This document shows, one piece after another, positions 1-9,673 of a stretch of 64,000 nt of DNA (position 1 is the stretch's first letter; every line of letters starts with the position of its first letter). Location of the stretch: positions 6,324 through 70,323 of the IMG/VR virus record IMGVR_UViG_3300036939_000034; one strand, given 5' to 3'. The notes below the pieces were generated by a model, which worked only from the letters and a program-made list of their open reading frames with translations, did no database searches and had not been told where the DNA came from. This DNA comes from a virus. Both the position numbers and the translations under genes were made by a program.

Positions 1-27
1 GAGACTGAGTTATGGCAAAACTGTGAA

Positions 28-252
28 CTACATATCAAAAAAAATTGAGTAGGTTTTGCCGGACTGCTCCCACTCTTTGTTAATGCGAACGAGAATCCAT
101 TTAACGTAATGAGGTGTTCTATATTCCCAGTTCTTTACCGTCCTAGGATCACGTTCAAACAATCCAGCGATCGCACTGCGGAGTTTTGCGCATTCTCTGG
201 ATTGCTCGGAACTGTCAGCAGACCACTTGTTTATAAATTCGTTGAGCGTCAT
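28..252 (-). CDS. Small HTH-like DNA-binding protein
   Basis: IAGLFERDPRTVKNWE resembles an HTH; AGAGG RBS upstream. Confidence 0.5.
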   Translation of the reverse strand: MTLNEFINKWSADSSEQSRECAKLRSAIAGLFERDPRTVKNWEYRTPHYVKWILVRINKEWEQSGKTYSIFFDM

Positions 253-400
253 GATTAAAATGCCTCTTCTGTAGGTAGCTTCTACGGACGGGGTACGCCT
301 TTGGGCGTGGTAGCCGCAAGCCTTCCTAAAACTTTGCGGCTATCTCCCTTGAGTACCTTTATGTAGGATTATACACTTCTGGTGCGGTACTGTATCGCTC

Positions 401-964
401 GTGAGAGAATTGATTAAAAACTCACGAGGAAGAATGACTCAAGACAAGCCGCTAACAAGTCTCAAGCTTCGCCGGTTCACCGTTTCGCTACCTCAGCAAG
501 ACTACGATCGCCTCACCGCACTATGCCTGCGAAACACTGTTTCACGCTCCAGCATGGGCTGGCTGATATTGCATCAATGGTTGGATGAAAACGATCAAGA
601 CTTGCGTGAATACTATATGCAAGTGTCTTATGGGCAGGATGGCAGAGACATTGCAGAGATAGAACACGAAATCTTAGGACAGTACAAAAGACTAGCGAAA
701 TCAGGGGCGGCCGACTTAGAAGGCGAAGACATCACAAGGCTAACTCTCTCTATCCCGTCGTGGGATAACCGCCGACTCATTGGTCATGCCTCGCGCCATA
801 AAGTTTCTAAGTCCGAGATGTGGAGACGAGCTGTGCTTCCCTGGCTAAGATCGCAGGATGATGCGATCGCAAGATTCTGGGAGAATGCTTGCAAGTGGTT
901 AGACAAGCCCCTTGAACAGACAAAAACCTTGCTCATTAATGACTTTGATGAGCAAGGCAGATAA
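401..964 (+). CDS. Protein with two ribbon-helix-helix-like repeats (probable start ATG 434)
   Basis: Internal duplication RRFTVSLPQQDYDRL..VSRS / TRLTLSIPSWDNRRL..VSKS, RHH-like pattern. Confidence 0.5.
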   Translation: MRELIKNSRGRMTQDKPLTSLKLRRFTVSLPQQDYDRLTALCLRNTVSRSSMGWLILHQWLDENDQDLREYYMQVSYGQDGRDIAEIEHEILGQYKRLAKSGAADLEGEDITRLTLSIPSWDNRRLIGHASRHKVSKSEMWRRAVLPWLRSQDDAIARFWENACKWLDKPLEQTKTLLINDFDEQGR

Positions 965-1067
965 CGGGTAATACAAATCGATTCGTTCGTTGATTAAAGC
1001 TCCCCCTTTCGCGACTGACAAATTTTGTCAGTCAGCATCAGCTTTACTAAAAAGCGATCGCACCAAC

Positions 1068-1100
1068 CAAGCCCCTGGGGTCAATCCCTAGGGGTTTTTT
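1068..1100 (+). terminator. Rho-independent terminator
   Basis: CCCCTGGGG-loop-CCCTAGGGG followed by a T-run. Confidence 0.65.
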
Positions 1101-1399
1101 GCTGACGATTATTCACTTCAGAAGAAAGCGGGATAAACAAGAGAGTTCCTATTTCTTGAAGTGCGCGTTTTTCGCAGTTCCAACTATCAAGTTGACTTCG
1201 ATTTTTATTGGTGTTTTAATCTCAAAAAGAAAGGCGATCGCATCCACAACTCATGACAGACCCTAAACATAAAGAATTCATGTTCCAAGTTTATTCCGCC
1301 GCATGGAAAGGAGGTTACGCAACAATTACAGTGAACTGTTAGTAACCCAGCATTTGTAGCGCTTATTTACTGGTAAAATAAAAAGGCGATCGCAAATTA

Positions 1400-2401
1400 T
1401 TGGAGAAGTGCGATCGCATTTTATTATTCATCTCAACAGGAAGAATGGTAGCACAAATGAACGGAATTGAAGTTGTTATCAAATTTGAGAGACTAGTTGT
1501 TGATTCGCGACTAATCGCACAAAGGCTTGACATTCAGCATAAAAACTTTTTGGTAAACATAGAGCAGTACGAAGAAGAGGCTGTTGTAGAAGGGTTTTTA
1601 CCACTCGCGTTTGAAACGCGCCTGGTAAAACGCCCACAGGGAGGGAGTTACGAGGAGCGATGGGCTTGGCTGGATGAAGAGTGGGCTAACTATGCGATGA
1701 CCCTTTCTCGCAATACGCCAGAAGTCAGAGCGGCTAAACGAGGATTAATTAAAGCTTTCTCTACTGCAAAGCAAAAACTGGCACAAAAGCAACCGCAGGT
1801 CGAATTATTGGTTCAGCAACCAGAACCGCTCAACGCAGACATCGAACAACTAGCGGACGAGGTGGTCAAGATTATTTTTGAAATGATTTGGAAATCTGCG
1901 GACTGCATAACCAACGTCAAAGTAAAAACCGCCAGAGAACAGAAGAAACTAAAGAAGGAGTTCGAGAAGGGGATCGACCGCAATTTTCTGTTCTCGATAG
2001 CGACGGAAGCTATTGGCGACGTAGGTCACAACGCCGAACACCAGCACAAGGAAGTTATCAAACAGATTCGGTTGAGAGTCGCTCCCTACAAAGAGTACTT
2101 CGTCTCCAAGCTTCTGGAATGGCAGGAATTGCAAGCGCTTTCGCAACCCACACAGCCGCTACTGCCGCCCACCGTCGTCGTCCTTCGACCCAAGGATGTT
2201 CGCAAAAAGATTGAAGAGTTCCTCGATAGGTTGCAGAGCATGACCCCGGAAGAACAACGGGCTTTGTTCCTCACCGTCCCTAATCTTACTCAGAAAGAGA
2301 AAAGCTCAGGTCGCTTCAGTAGCCGGATAATTGCCAGATACCTTGAGCTGGCACCCGGACAAGATCGGCTGGTGGCGGCGATCATGAGCGAAAGGAATTG
2401 A
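1400..2401 (+). CDS. Rha-family phage regulatory protein with an extra C-terminal domain (true start probably downstream, e.g. ATG 1445 or 1457)
   Basis: VVDSRLIAQRLDIQHKN...MTLSRNTPEVRAAK is a Rha-like N-domain; the C-terminus is shared with ORF 18206. Confidence 0.75.
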   Translation: MEKCDRILLFISTGRMVAQMNGIEVVIKFERLVVDSRLIAQRLDIQHKNFLVNIEQYEEEAVVEGFLPLAFETRLVKRPQGGSYEERWAWLDEEWANYAMTLSRNTPEVRAAKRGLIKAFSTAKQKLAQKQPQVELLVQQPEPLNADIEQLADEVVKIIFEMIWKSADCITNVKVKTAREQKKLKKEFEKGIDRNFLFSIATEAIGDVGHNAEHQHKEVIKQIRLRVAPYKEYFVSKLLEWQELQALSQPTQPLLPPTVVVLRPKDVRKKIEEFLDRLQSMTPEEQRALFLTVPNLTQKEKSSGRFSSRIIARYLELAPGQDRLVAAIMSERN

Positions 2402-2618
2402 TAAACAAGGGCTTGAGAGTGCGGAACAAAACACCTGGAAGACCCCGCTTCCAGCCATCCGTATAATCGAGACAACCTTCTGGAGGAATCAATGACAAAC
2501 AAAGAACATCGGTTTTTCCATTACGACCTTGACACAGGCAAATCAACCCCTGTTGAGCCTGTAAGGGTGGGCAACGTCGAATTTCTAGTACCTGTTCAAA
2601 TTAAAGAGGATTCAGACG

Positions 2619-2966
2619 ATGAAAACGACACAGATCGAAACGACTCAGGTGAAGCTGACCAACAACGGCGAGACTCCTGACTTTACCGTTGTAGCCGTAG
2701 AGCTTTTGGTTGACTCCGTTACTCCCGACTGCCTCAAGGAACTCAAGAACACCGACTTATTGAGCCTTGTTGATACAACAAAAGGGGTAGTTATCGACAA
2801 CGCTAGACCAACCTGGCTTGCGGGCTTCCTAGCCCACGAATTCCATGCAACAGCCTGGGTTGCCGTTAATGACCCTCGACTAGGCGCAGTTGTAATCGAG
2901 TCTCATTCCCCATCACGTCAGGTTTCTCAGGTTCTCGACTGGAAATCTGAACTATACATCTGTTAG
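2619..2966 (+). CDS. csx3: Csx3/Crn3-family cyclic oligoadenylate ring nuclease
   Basis: GVVI..xPxWL..FLAHEFHATAWVAVNDPRLGAVVIESH matches the Csx3 signature (H..H, DPR, SH). Confidence 0.85.
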   Translation: MKTTQIETTQVKLTNNGETPDFTVVAVELLVDSVTPDCLKELKNTDLLSLVDTTKGVVIDNARPTWLAGFLAHEFHATAWVAVNDPRLGAVVIESHSPSRQVSQVLDWKSELYIC

Positions 2967-2984
2967 GTTAATTCCCAAGTATTC

Positions 2985-3302
2985 ATGTCAACCCCCCCAG
3001 CCGCAAAGCTGGGGGTTTATTACGTCAACTTTCTTGAGATCCAAAAGCATCGCTCAATGACCTGCACCCACAACTGGCAACCCCTCTACACCAAACCAAC
3101 TGCGCGAAGTTTTCTGGAAATCTGGGATTCCCTCAACTTGAGCAGTTGGCAGCAGTGCGATGCCTGCCAGCAACTTGGACGCATCCAAGCGAGCGGTAAG
3201 GTGAGGCTTGAGCCAGCGAAGTCGCGAGATCGACGGCTGGCTGATGTCCAAAAATGGAATGACACCATTCGGGTGTACCGCCAAAACCTAGAACGCCTGT
3301 GA
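2985..3302 (+). CDS. Hypothetical protein, possibly Zn-binding (probable start ATG 3057)
   Basis: CTH...CDAC motif. Confidence 0.45.
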   Translation: MSTPPAAKLGVYYVNFLEIQKHRSMTCTHNWQPLYTKPTARSFLEIWDSLNLSSWQQCDACQQLGRIQASGKVRLEPAKSRDRRLADVQKWNDTIRVYRQNLERL

Positions 3303-3902
3303 ATGACTGGCATTGCCTCCCCCCAGCACTACTGCTCGACACTGCCCGTCTGGGTCTAGCGGAGCGTCTACGGCATATTTACCACCTAACACAGCACTGC
3401 CTGGTTCGGGTGATGCGCCTGGGTACAGAAAGCGAAGTTCATCCTTAGCAAACTGGCAGTGTTTTATGAGGTATCGGCAATGTCGCTTGACGTAACTTTC
3501 CTTGCCTACAGTTTCGGCTTTTAGCGCTGGAAATGTCCCTGCTTCAAACACAGCACAAATATCTTCTATATCCCATATTATTTCCTTTAAATAACCAAGA
3601 AAGTCTTCCTCAGAAAGCCTCCTTTTCCTCTCCAACTCAGCCTGTTCTTTCTGTTGACGCCGACGCTCTAGATAAGCTTTCTGCTTCTGTGTTAGCGGGC
3701 GCTTATCTGGGCAGACAGAAGGGTCATATAAGTAGCAATCATAGTCCGGTGTCCGAATCACACCGACAGGCTCCCCCGGTCTTTTGCCTAACTGGGAGAG
3801 CTGCTTTCTGGTTTTGAGGTGTTCGGGAGGTTCGTTTTCACCGAACCCCCACCAGCTGTACTCCTGCATAAAAGCTTGGCTAAGAGCGATCGCAAAAACC
3901 AC
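3288..3902 (-). CDS. Hypothetical phage protein
   Basis: Long ORF in a minus-strand operon with 3938 and 4288. Confidence 0.55.
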   Translation of the reverse strand: MVFAIALSQAFMQEYSWWGFGENEPPEHLKTRKQLSQLGKRPGEPVGVIRTPDYDCYLYDPSVCPDKRPLTQKQKAYLERRRQQKEQAELERKRRLSEEDFLGYLKEIIWDIEDICAVFEAGTFPALKAETVGKESYVKRHCRYLIKHCQFAKDELRFLYPGASPEPGSAVLGGKYAVDAPLDPDGQCRAVVLGGGNASHSQAF

Positions 3903-3937
3903 TTACACCTTAGAGCAGGATAAGCGATCACGTAACT

Positions 3938-4291
3938 TCAGTTGGGTAAAACCCAGTATTTACCCGTCTGGCTATAGGTCGCTTGGTTGTCGAACATCAC
4001 GTAAGGAGCTACAGACAAAACCGTCAAGCTCTGTACGTCCCAACCCTTAAGGGTCTTCTCGCACAACCAAACCCTCTGCCCTTGTTTGAGCTTGTAACCC
4101 GCTACTTGGACAGCTCCTTGAGGAGGCTGGGGCTTTTGGGTTTTCTTCCTTCTGGTCTGACTGGCTTTGAAGGCACCAGCTTTCTTAGGATCGACACTTC
4201 CAGTACCAGAACACAAGAAACAAAATCCAGAATCCAGTGAACTGTGCTTTTGGATGTATTGAGTACCTTTACATTTTGGGCAAGTAATCAT
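3938..4291 (-). CDS. Zn-finger (CxxCxGxG) protein
   Basis: CPKCKG...CFLCSGTG; coupled to the upstream ORF through ATGA overlap. Confidence 0.6.
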   Translation of the reverse strand: MITCPKCKGTQYIQKHSSLDSGFCFLCSGTGSVDPKKAGAFKASQTRRKKTQKPQPPQGAVQVAGYKLKQGQRVWLCEKTLKGWDVQSLTVLSVAPYVMFDNQATYSQTGKYWVLPN

Positions 4292-4572
4292 ACGCTCTCC
4301 TCTTCAACCTTCATCAGCTCCTCTAGCGTCACCTCTCTCCCAGCCCAGACGGAAACAATGCGCTGGAGCTTAATCACATGAACAAAAATCCCACGATCAA
4401 GACGCCCGTCTAGCGCTAGGCGCAGAGTGTTCCGCCCCACCTCGTTCGGCGTCCCCCGCAGCTGTTCATAGACAGAATTAACCGATCGCGCCTCACCCCC
4501 CTCCTTGGGCCAGTACTCACTGATATCCAGGCGAACTCGCATTGACCTTCTCCCTTCCTTGACTGCTAACAC
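4288..4572 (-). CDS. Cro/CI-like HTH regulator
   Basis: VGRNTLRLALDG...VTLEELM pattern; divergent from 4766. Confidence 0.55.
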   Translation of the reverse strand: MLAVKEGRRSMRVRLDISEYWPKEGGEARSVNSVYEQLRGTPNEVGRNTLRLALDGRLDRGIFVHVIKLQRIVSVWAGREVTLEELMKVEEESV

Positions 4573-4765
4573 ATTGTCTCTCCAATTCCTGACACATCAG
4601 CATATTGATAGTCAAAATACTAACACTTGACAGTTGAAAGTCAACTTGCAATGATAGAGAAGTTAGCCCACGCAACGGGCAAACACTAGGGAACTAGAGC
4701 TGCAAACTCCTTACCCAGGTAACACAGCTCTAGCCCTTCCCCTATACACAAGAGGTAATTCAATC

Positions 4766-4948
4766 ATGGCTCAGGACAGACCAAAAGGCGCAATTGATCG
4801 CCAAATCGAGGAAAGCTTAGGGCGATACCAGCAGCTAATTGAGGACAGGCAGCAGATTAGCAACCAAGTGCAACAGTCGGTAGACGAATCCAGGCAAATC
4901 ACTGAACTCCTGAAACAGTCAACAGACGAATCAAAGGGGACACGCTAA
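4766..4948 (+). CDS. Small coiled-coil hypothetical protein
   Basis: GAGG RBS; TAATG coupling to the next ORF. Confidence 0.5.
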   Translation: MAQDRPKGAIDRQIEESLGRYQQLIEDRQQISNQVQQSVDESRQITELLKQSTDESKGTR

Positions 4949-5193
4949 TGCAATACGACATCCCAACAGACATCGCCCAGTCGGACAGGTTAAGAGCAGC
5001 ACTGCAACGGCAGAACCAAGCTGCCGAGTGCGATAAGAAAGACCAGTCACCCCCACCCGGTTGTGGACGCAGGCAGGCAGCAGGCATAGCCCTCCAGTTA
5101 CATTTGCTGGAACGCGCAGAAACAAGTCCATTCGTTAAGGCGAGATTGAAGGAAGCGATCGCCTCTCTAGGAGAAATCCTCACACTCAACTAA
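4948..5193 (+). CDS. Hypothetical protein
   Basis: Translationally coupled to 4766 ORF. Confidence 0.5.
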   Translation: MQYDIPTDIAQSDRLRAALQRQNQAAECDKKDQSPPPGCGRRQAAGIALQLHLLERAETSPFVKARLKEAIASLGEILTLN

Positions 5194-5291
5194 CAAACAA
5201 CCCAGACCTCAGCTTCAGATGACTACCATCTAAGGCTGAGGTCTAAAAATTTGGTTCACAGATATTTCGACTCAAGCTTAAGGAGAAACCG

Positions 5292-6176
5292 ATGTTTCAG
5301 AAAGCCACCAAAGAGAACGTCTACCTCAAAATCGCCCTCGTTGGCAGTCCTGGCGCAGGTAAGACTTACTCTGCTCTTGCCATAGCGGCTCAGTTCACAG
5401 ACAAGATTGCCGTTATTGATACAGAGCGCGGCAGCTCCCGACTGTACGCCGACCAGTTCAGCTTCGATATGTGCGAACTGACAAACCACCAGCCAATCAA
5501 ATATGTAGAGGCAATCAATGCCGCAATCGGCGCTGGATACCAAGCCATCATCATCGATAGCCTCTCTCACGCCTGGTTCGCTGAACTGGAGATGATTCAG
5601 GGGAAAAACACGTTCACGGCATGGGCGAAAGTCCGACCACAAGAGCGGACGCTGATTGAAACCATCATTTCTGCCAAGGCTCACGTTATCGTAACCATGA
5701 GGGAGAAGACCGAGTGGGACACCTCCCAAACTGACGAGTACGGGAAAATGAAGCCCGTGAAGGTCGGCATGAAAGCTGTCCAGTCATCAGGTATTGAGTA
5801 CGAGTTCGACATCGTGGGACGGCTCAATCAAGAGCACGTCCTAGCAATCACCAAAACGAGATGCCCTGCGATCGCTAACCATGCATTCATTCATCCTGGT
5901 CGGCAGCTAGCAACTGAATTAAAGGTGTGGCTAGGGCTGGAAAAACCAGCTCAAGCACCCAGCTTAATTCCCACCCTTCCAGATATCACCCCATCTGAAG
6001 CTAATGAGCGGATTATGAGGGAGCTTAAGCGCATCGGTTGGTCAACATCTGATGCTCAGATGTACTTGAAAAAGGTGTATAACAAAAGCTCTCGATCGCT
6101 GCTGGATGACGACCAGTTACTAAGCTTCCTGACTCATTTGCAGAGCCTTCCCAGCCACACAGGCTCAATAAACTAA
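5292..6176 (+). CDS. AAA_24 / Sak4-like phage recombination ATPase
   Basis: Walker A GSPGAGKT, IDTE, IIDSLSHAW, EYEFD; AAGGAG RBS. Confidence 0.85.
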   Translation: MFQKATKENVYLKIALVGSPGAGKTYSALAIAAQFTDKIAVIDTERGSSRLYADQFSFDMCELTNHQPIKYVEAINAAIGAGYQAIIIDSLSHAWFAELEMIQGKNTFTAWAKVRPQERTLIETIISAKAHVIVTMREKTEWDTSQTDEYGKMKPVKVGMKAVQSSGIEYEFDIVGRLNQEHVLAITKTRCPAIANHAFIHPGRQLATELKVWLGLEKPAQAPSLIPTLPDITPSEANERIMRELKRIGWSTSDAQMYLKKVYNKSSRSLLDDDQLLSFLTHLQSLPSHTGSIN

Positions 6177-6199
6177 CCGAGGCTTTCATCCCTAAACGA

Positions 6200-6235
6200 A
6201 TAACCCCCAGCCAGAAGCTAGGGGGTTTATTTTTG
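6200..6235. terminator. Terminator between convergent genes
   Basis: AACCCCCAGC-loop-GCTAGGGGGTT flanked by A/T runs. Confidence 0.65.
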
Positions 6236-6258
6236 CTAATCTTCACGGGAAGGCTGAT

Positions 6259-7095
6259 CTACAGAGGGAGAGGAAACTCCTGAATCCTTAAGTCCTCCGG
6301 AAACTCATCAATGTCCCCACCCTTGCTATTGGAAAGGTGGAAGTGCGGGAAATGGTCAGGATAGTCTGATTCTGAAAAGACGGGCTTACTACCCAGTTGC
6401 TTCACGAACACGGCCGGTCCATTCGCTGCACTTCGGCACTGACGGACGAGCGATCGCATCCAGTCCACCTGACAAGGTCGCGCCCCCTTGCCCGACTCAC
6501 CACCAATAATTGCCCAGCTCAAATGGTTGACGTAATCACCCAAGCAGACTTCTTCTAGTAGTGGCTCACAGGAGACAAATAACACAAAGGTAGGTATTTG
6601 AGTCAGGTACGGCAAGCGCTCATTCACTACTCGCTGGTTCTCCACTGTGCAGCCCATCCAGAAGTTACTAGGCAGCAAATCCCGCCCACGAGCATTTAGC
6701 CAGTCAGCGCAGGCTTGCAGCATAATATCGGGGCGCTTGGTGAGGAACTGGAATATCAACTTCGAGTTGAACGCCGCATCAAACATCTCGAAGTGCCAAT
6801 CACGAGGCACCCAATCACCAAAAATATCGGTCATGCTGCCGACAAATACCCTCTTCGTCTCCCTAACCCTCGTCCACCGAGCTAACTCTTTGCGGTCTAA
6901 TTCCAGCTTCGGAGCTTCCCCAGCGTATTTGAGGTGTGAGGCAAAGCTGAAGTAACTATTGTTGTTGATTGCTTCGGCGTAACAGTTGGCACAGCCTTCA
7001 GAAATCTTCTGGCACCAGTGCCCGCCTAGTGTGCCATCTTCCTTAAGGACGCGGACGGGGTTAGAAGTAGCCTTGATCCATTGAATTTTACTCAA
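6259..7095 (-). CDS. Phage Gp37/Gp68 (DUF5131) radical-SAM-like protein
   Basis: MSKIQW, CQKISEGCANCYAE, FVGSMTDIF, FLTKRP, SCEPLL, WAIIGGESG, FVKQLG. Confidence 0.9.
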   Translation of the reverse strand: MSKIQWIKATSNPVRVLKEDGTLGGHWCQKISEGCANCYAEAINNNSYFSFASHLKYAGEAPKLELDRKELARWTRVRETKRVFVGSMTDIFGDWVPRDWHFEMFDAAFNSKLIFQFLTKRPDIMLQACADWLNARGRDLLPSNFWMGCTVENQRVVNERLPYLTQIPTFVLFVSCEPLLEEVCLGDYVNHLSWAIIGGESGKGARPCQVDWMRSLVRQCRSAANGPAVFVKQLGSKPVFSESDYPDHFPHFHLSNSKGGDIDEFPEDLRIQEFPLPL

Positions 7096-7412
7096 AACGA
7101 CACCTCCGTATTTCGTTTTTGCTGCAATATCGCCTCTGCAAATAGAACCCCGCTCAAGAAGTCTCTTAGTTGAAAACCCAGCAATTCAAGGTAGGCTTTC
7201 TTGCTATTGGATAGCTGGAAGATAATTCTGTAAACACAGTCTTCCTCAGGGTTTTCGCCCTGAAAAGTACCAACATCGACAGCGGAACAGCTGATGATCA
7301 GGTTATGAGCAATTGCTTTCTCTATCAGCTCAGGAATTGAATCACATAACTTAAGTCCTGGTAGGTCTTCTTCTAACTTGGTAGAACCAGGAAACTGAAC
7401 AATCTTGCCCAT
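7092..7412 (-). CDS. Hypothetical protein
   Basis: GAGG RBS; overlaps the start of the DUF5131 gene. Confidence 0.55.
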   Translation of the reverse strand: MGKIVQFPGSTKLEEDLPGLKLCDSIPELIEKAIAHNLIISCSAVDVGTFQGENPEEDCVYRIIFQLSNSKKAYLELLGFQLRDFLSGVLFAEAILQQKRNTEVSF

Positions 7413-7530
7413 TACAATACCTCTACTTTCGTGACTGAATTGGGGAAACTTCGGGCAGTGACTACCCGAAGTTAGGTTGATGAGTATGAGTGGAGTCTCG
7501 TGGTTGAGGAAGCGATCGCACTTGTAGAAA

Positions 7531-7878
7531 TTAATCGCTCAAGAAGTCGCTAATCTCACCATCAAGAGAAACGACTTTCTCTTTAAGGTCTTCGTCCAGT
7601 TCCTCACTCCCCAAGCCAATCAAGATGTCCTGGGCTTTTTCTAGGTAACCTACAGCCTGACGAAGACTACGTTTCAGGCTAGAAACATTCTCCTCCAAAC
7701 GCTTTAGCCGATACTCGGTGGAGCGCTCCTCAACTGCCTTCAAGATACAATCAACAATCTCGCCGATCTCAGCGTAATTGTCGCGCGAAAGTGGCGAATT
7801 CGCCGTAACCTCGAAGTAGTTAGCAAGCAGGCATTTAGCGCGTTCTTCTGTTGAGCGATAGCTGTTGTATGGGTTCAT
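7531..7878 (-). CDS. Coiled-coil hypothetical protein
   Basis: ORF in a minus-strand operon. Confidence 0.55.
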   Translation of the reverse strand: MNPYNSYRSTEERAKCLLANYFEVTANSPLSRDNYAEIGEIVDCILKAVEERSTEYRLKRLEENVSSLKRSLRQAVGYLEKAQDILIGLGSEELDEDLKEKVVSLDGEISDFLSD

Positions 7879-8070
7879 AGTTAATACGGTAATAGCTCGT
7901 CGTGAAGGCGATTAAGCGCACTTTTTGCATAGTGCTGGAGATCTGCCAAATCCCTCAGCAACTCTGCGTCTTCTTCTGGATCTAACTCCTAGAATTGAAC
8001 AACATTTTCAATCCGTTACTCAATAAGAGTCAGCTGGTTTCGCAGTTCCAACAGCTCGATAATTCGAGGG

Positions 8071-8610
8071 CTATCTATTGTTACCACAGGAGCCTCCGAC
8101 TGCGTCTTGAACAGCCTTGGCGTGATAGCAGCTGCGCCCGTACCGCCCTGCTTTACAACTACATCGGCTGTAGTTGGGGGAGTGCATCAGTAGGTAAGGG
8201 TTACCCGTTTCCCCAATGACCTGCCAAACAGAGTGGAAACCTTTGGTATCTAGGAGGGTAACTGCCTGAACTTGGCGACTACCCTTTCCATCTGCGCGAA
8301 TCGCGCATATGGACTGTTCCTCGATGTACTGATCTAGTTCCGCCTGCGCCTCAACCTGGATCGCTTCGCCCTTGATCTCCTCAACCAGCTGGCGGAAGTA
8401 GTCTTTTCCCAAGCTGTAAAGAGCATAGGGGGTAACTACAACCACCGTCTCATCCCAGGCTTGTAGCCCCTTGATTTGGCCAGGGGTAATCTCTGCGCCA
8501 AACACCTTGAACATTATTTGGCTGATAATCTCGTTCTCTCGATCTGTAGTGGGTATCATTGATTTACCTCTTTTGGGGAAGAAGCGATCGCTCAGGAGTT
8601 TGTCAGGCAT
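8071..8610 (-). CDS. SWIM zinc-finger protein (probable start ATG 8559)
   Basis: CSCKAGRYGRSCYHAKAV = CxC..CxH SWIM motif. Confidence 0.7.
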   Translation of the reverse strand: MPDKLLSDRFFPKRGKSMIPTTDRENEIISQIMFKVFGAEITPGQIKGLQAWDETVVVVTPYALYSLGKDYFRQLVEEIKGEAIQVEAQAELDQYIEEQSICAIRADGKGSRQVQAVTLLDTKGFHSVWQVIGETGNPYLLMHSPNYSRCSCKAGRYGRSCYHAKAVQDAVGGSCGNNR

Positions 8611-8640
8611 CAGGGCGATCGCTTTCTCTGTACTTACTAA

Positions 8641-8690
8641 TGTACACTATTAGCTCGTAGTGTGTAAACCATCAACTAGTAGTGTACAGT
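8641..8690. promoter_or_regulatory. Operator-like inverted repeats between divergent genes
   Basis: TGTACACTA...TAGTGTGTA...TAGTGTACA upstream of an XRE gene. Confidence 0.45.
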
Positions 8691-8730
8691 AAAACTATTA
8701 ATTGACGGTTTACTCTATGGAGGTAACTGT

Positions 8731-8994
8731 GTGCTAGCGGCAAAAATGCGGATTAGACAGATTAGGGAGATTGAAGTTGAAGGACTGGGGCAGCGTATCA
8801 AGCAGGTTCGCTTAAGTTCCAGCAAATCCCTAGAGCAAATATGCAATGAAGTTAAGGTATCGCGGACTTATTGGTACGACATCGAAAAGGAAACCCTTAA
8901 AGGTGCGCTTTCTGTGGAAAAGCTCCGAAAAATTGAAGAAGTGCTAGGTGTAGACTTCGGCGTGAGGCTTGAGGAGGATACGGAAAATGCCTGA
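8731..8994 (+). CDS. XRE-family HTH regulator
   Basis: LGQRIKQVR..SLEQICNEVKVSRTYWYDIE...LRKIEEVLGV. Confidence 0.8.
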   Translation: MLAAKMRIRQIREIEVEGLGQRIKQVRLSSSKSLEQICNEVKVSRTYWYDIEKETLKGALSVEKLRKIEEVLGVDFGVRLEEDTENA

Positions 8995-9631
8995 CTTATC
9001 AGTTTTCAAGGGTGACGACGACGTGGAGATCATCATTGACCAACAGACGGGTGAAAGCTTTTGCTCTGTGTCTGGTTATGCTCGAATGAGCGGACGATCG
9101 CAGCAAGCCATCAGCAAAAGGGTAAAAAAGCTAGACAACCCAACCGTCATTAAAAACGTTCAGATCGATACAGGATATGGCATCAAGCTACACAACCTAA
9201 TCACAGAGGACTTAATAGCGGACTGGATAATTAAGGACAACCCTGCGAAAGCAAAACAGTTGCTTAAAGCAGGGGTTAGAGTTTTCCTCCACAAAACAGC
9301 CGGATATCAAATCACTTCGACGGCTGTTCCTACTCAACTTCAACCTGACCTCACCCAACCCCCAGAACTTCCTCTTGTCATGCCGACAACAGAAGAGATC
9401 TCGCATCTCAAGGAGATTCAGATAACACGTCCGTGGGAAAAAGCGGAGATGGAAGCTTGGGCAAATGGGAACACAACCTCTCATGCCAGCAGCGAGCTGA
9501 ACGGTCACCTAGAAAAATCTGGCTTCGGTCGCGCAAGGGAAGCAGCGCGAGAGTATCGCCGATCACTGGGAAGCTGGCGACGGGCAATGCTTCGGCAAAA
9601 CCCAGCAACCATGCGAAGACTGAAGGGTTGA
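8969..9631 (+). CDS. Phage antirepressor-like DNA-binding protein (probable start ATG 8987)
   Basis: TGESFCSVSGYARMSG..AISKR, AGVRVFLHKTAGY. Confidence 0.55.
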   Translation: MRRIRKMPDLSVFKGDDDVEIIIDQQTGESFCSVSGYARMSGRSQQAISKRVKKLDNPTVIKNVQIDTGYGIKLHNLITEDLIADWIIKDNPAKAKQLLKAGVRVFLHKTAGYQITSTAVPTQLQPDLTQPPELPLVMPTTEEISHLKEIQITRPWEKAEMEAWANGNTTSHASSELNGHLEKSGFGRAREAAREYRRSLGSWRRAMLRQNPATMRRLKG

Positions 9632-9673
9632 GCGTGGACACGATCATCATTAACAAATACTAAACAGGAATAA

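Noticed and set aside
1204-1221. Gapped match of unit 2 to TTtATtGGtGTtTTaAT
   Set aside because: Short, low-complexity T-rich match that breaks down immediately afterwards.
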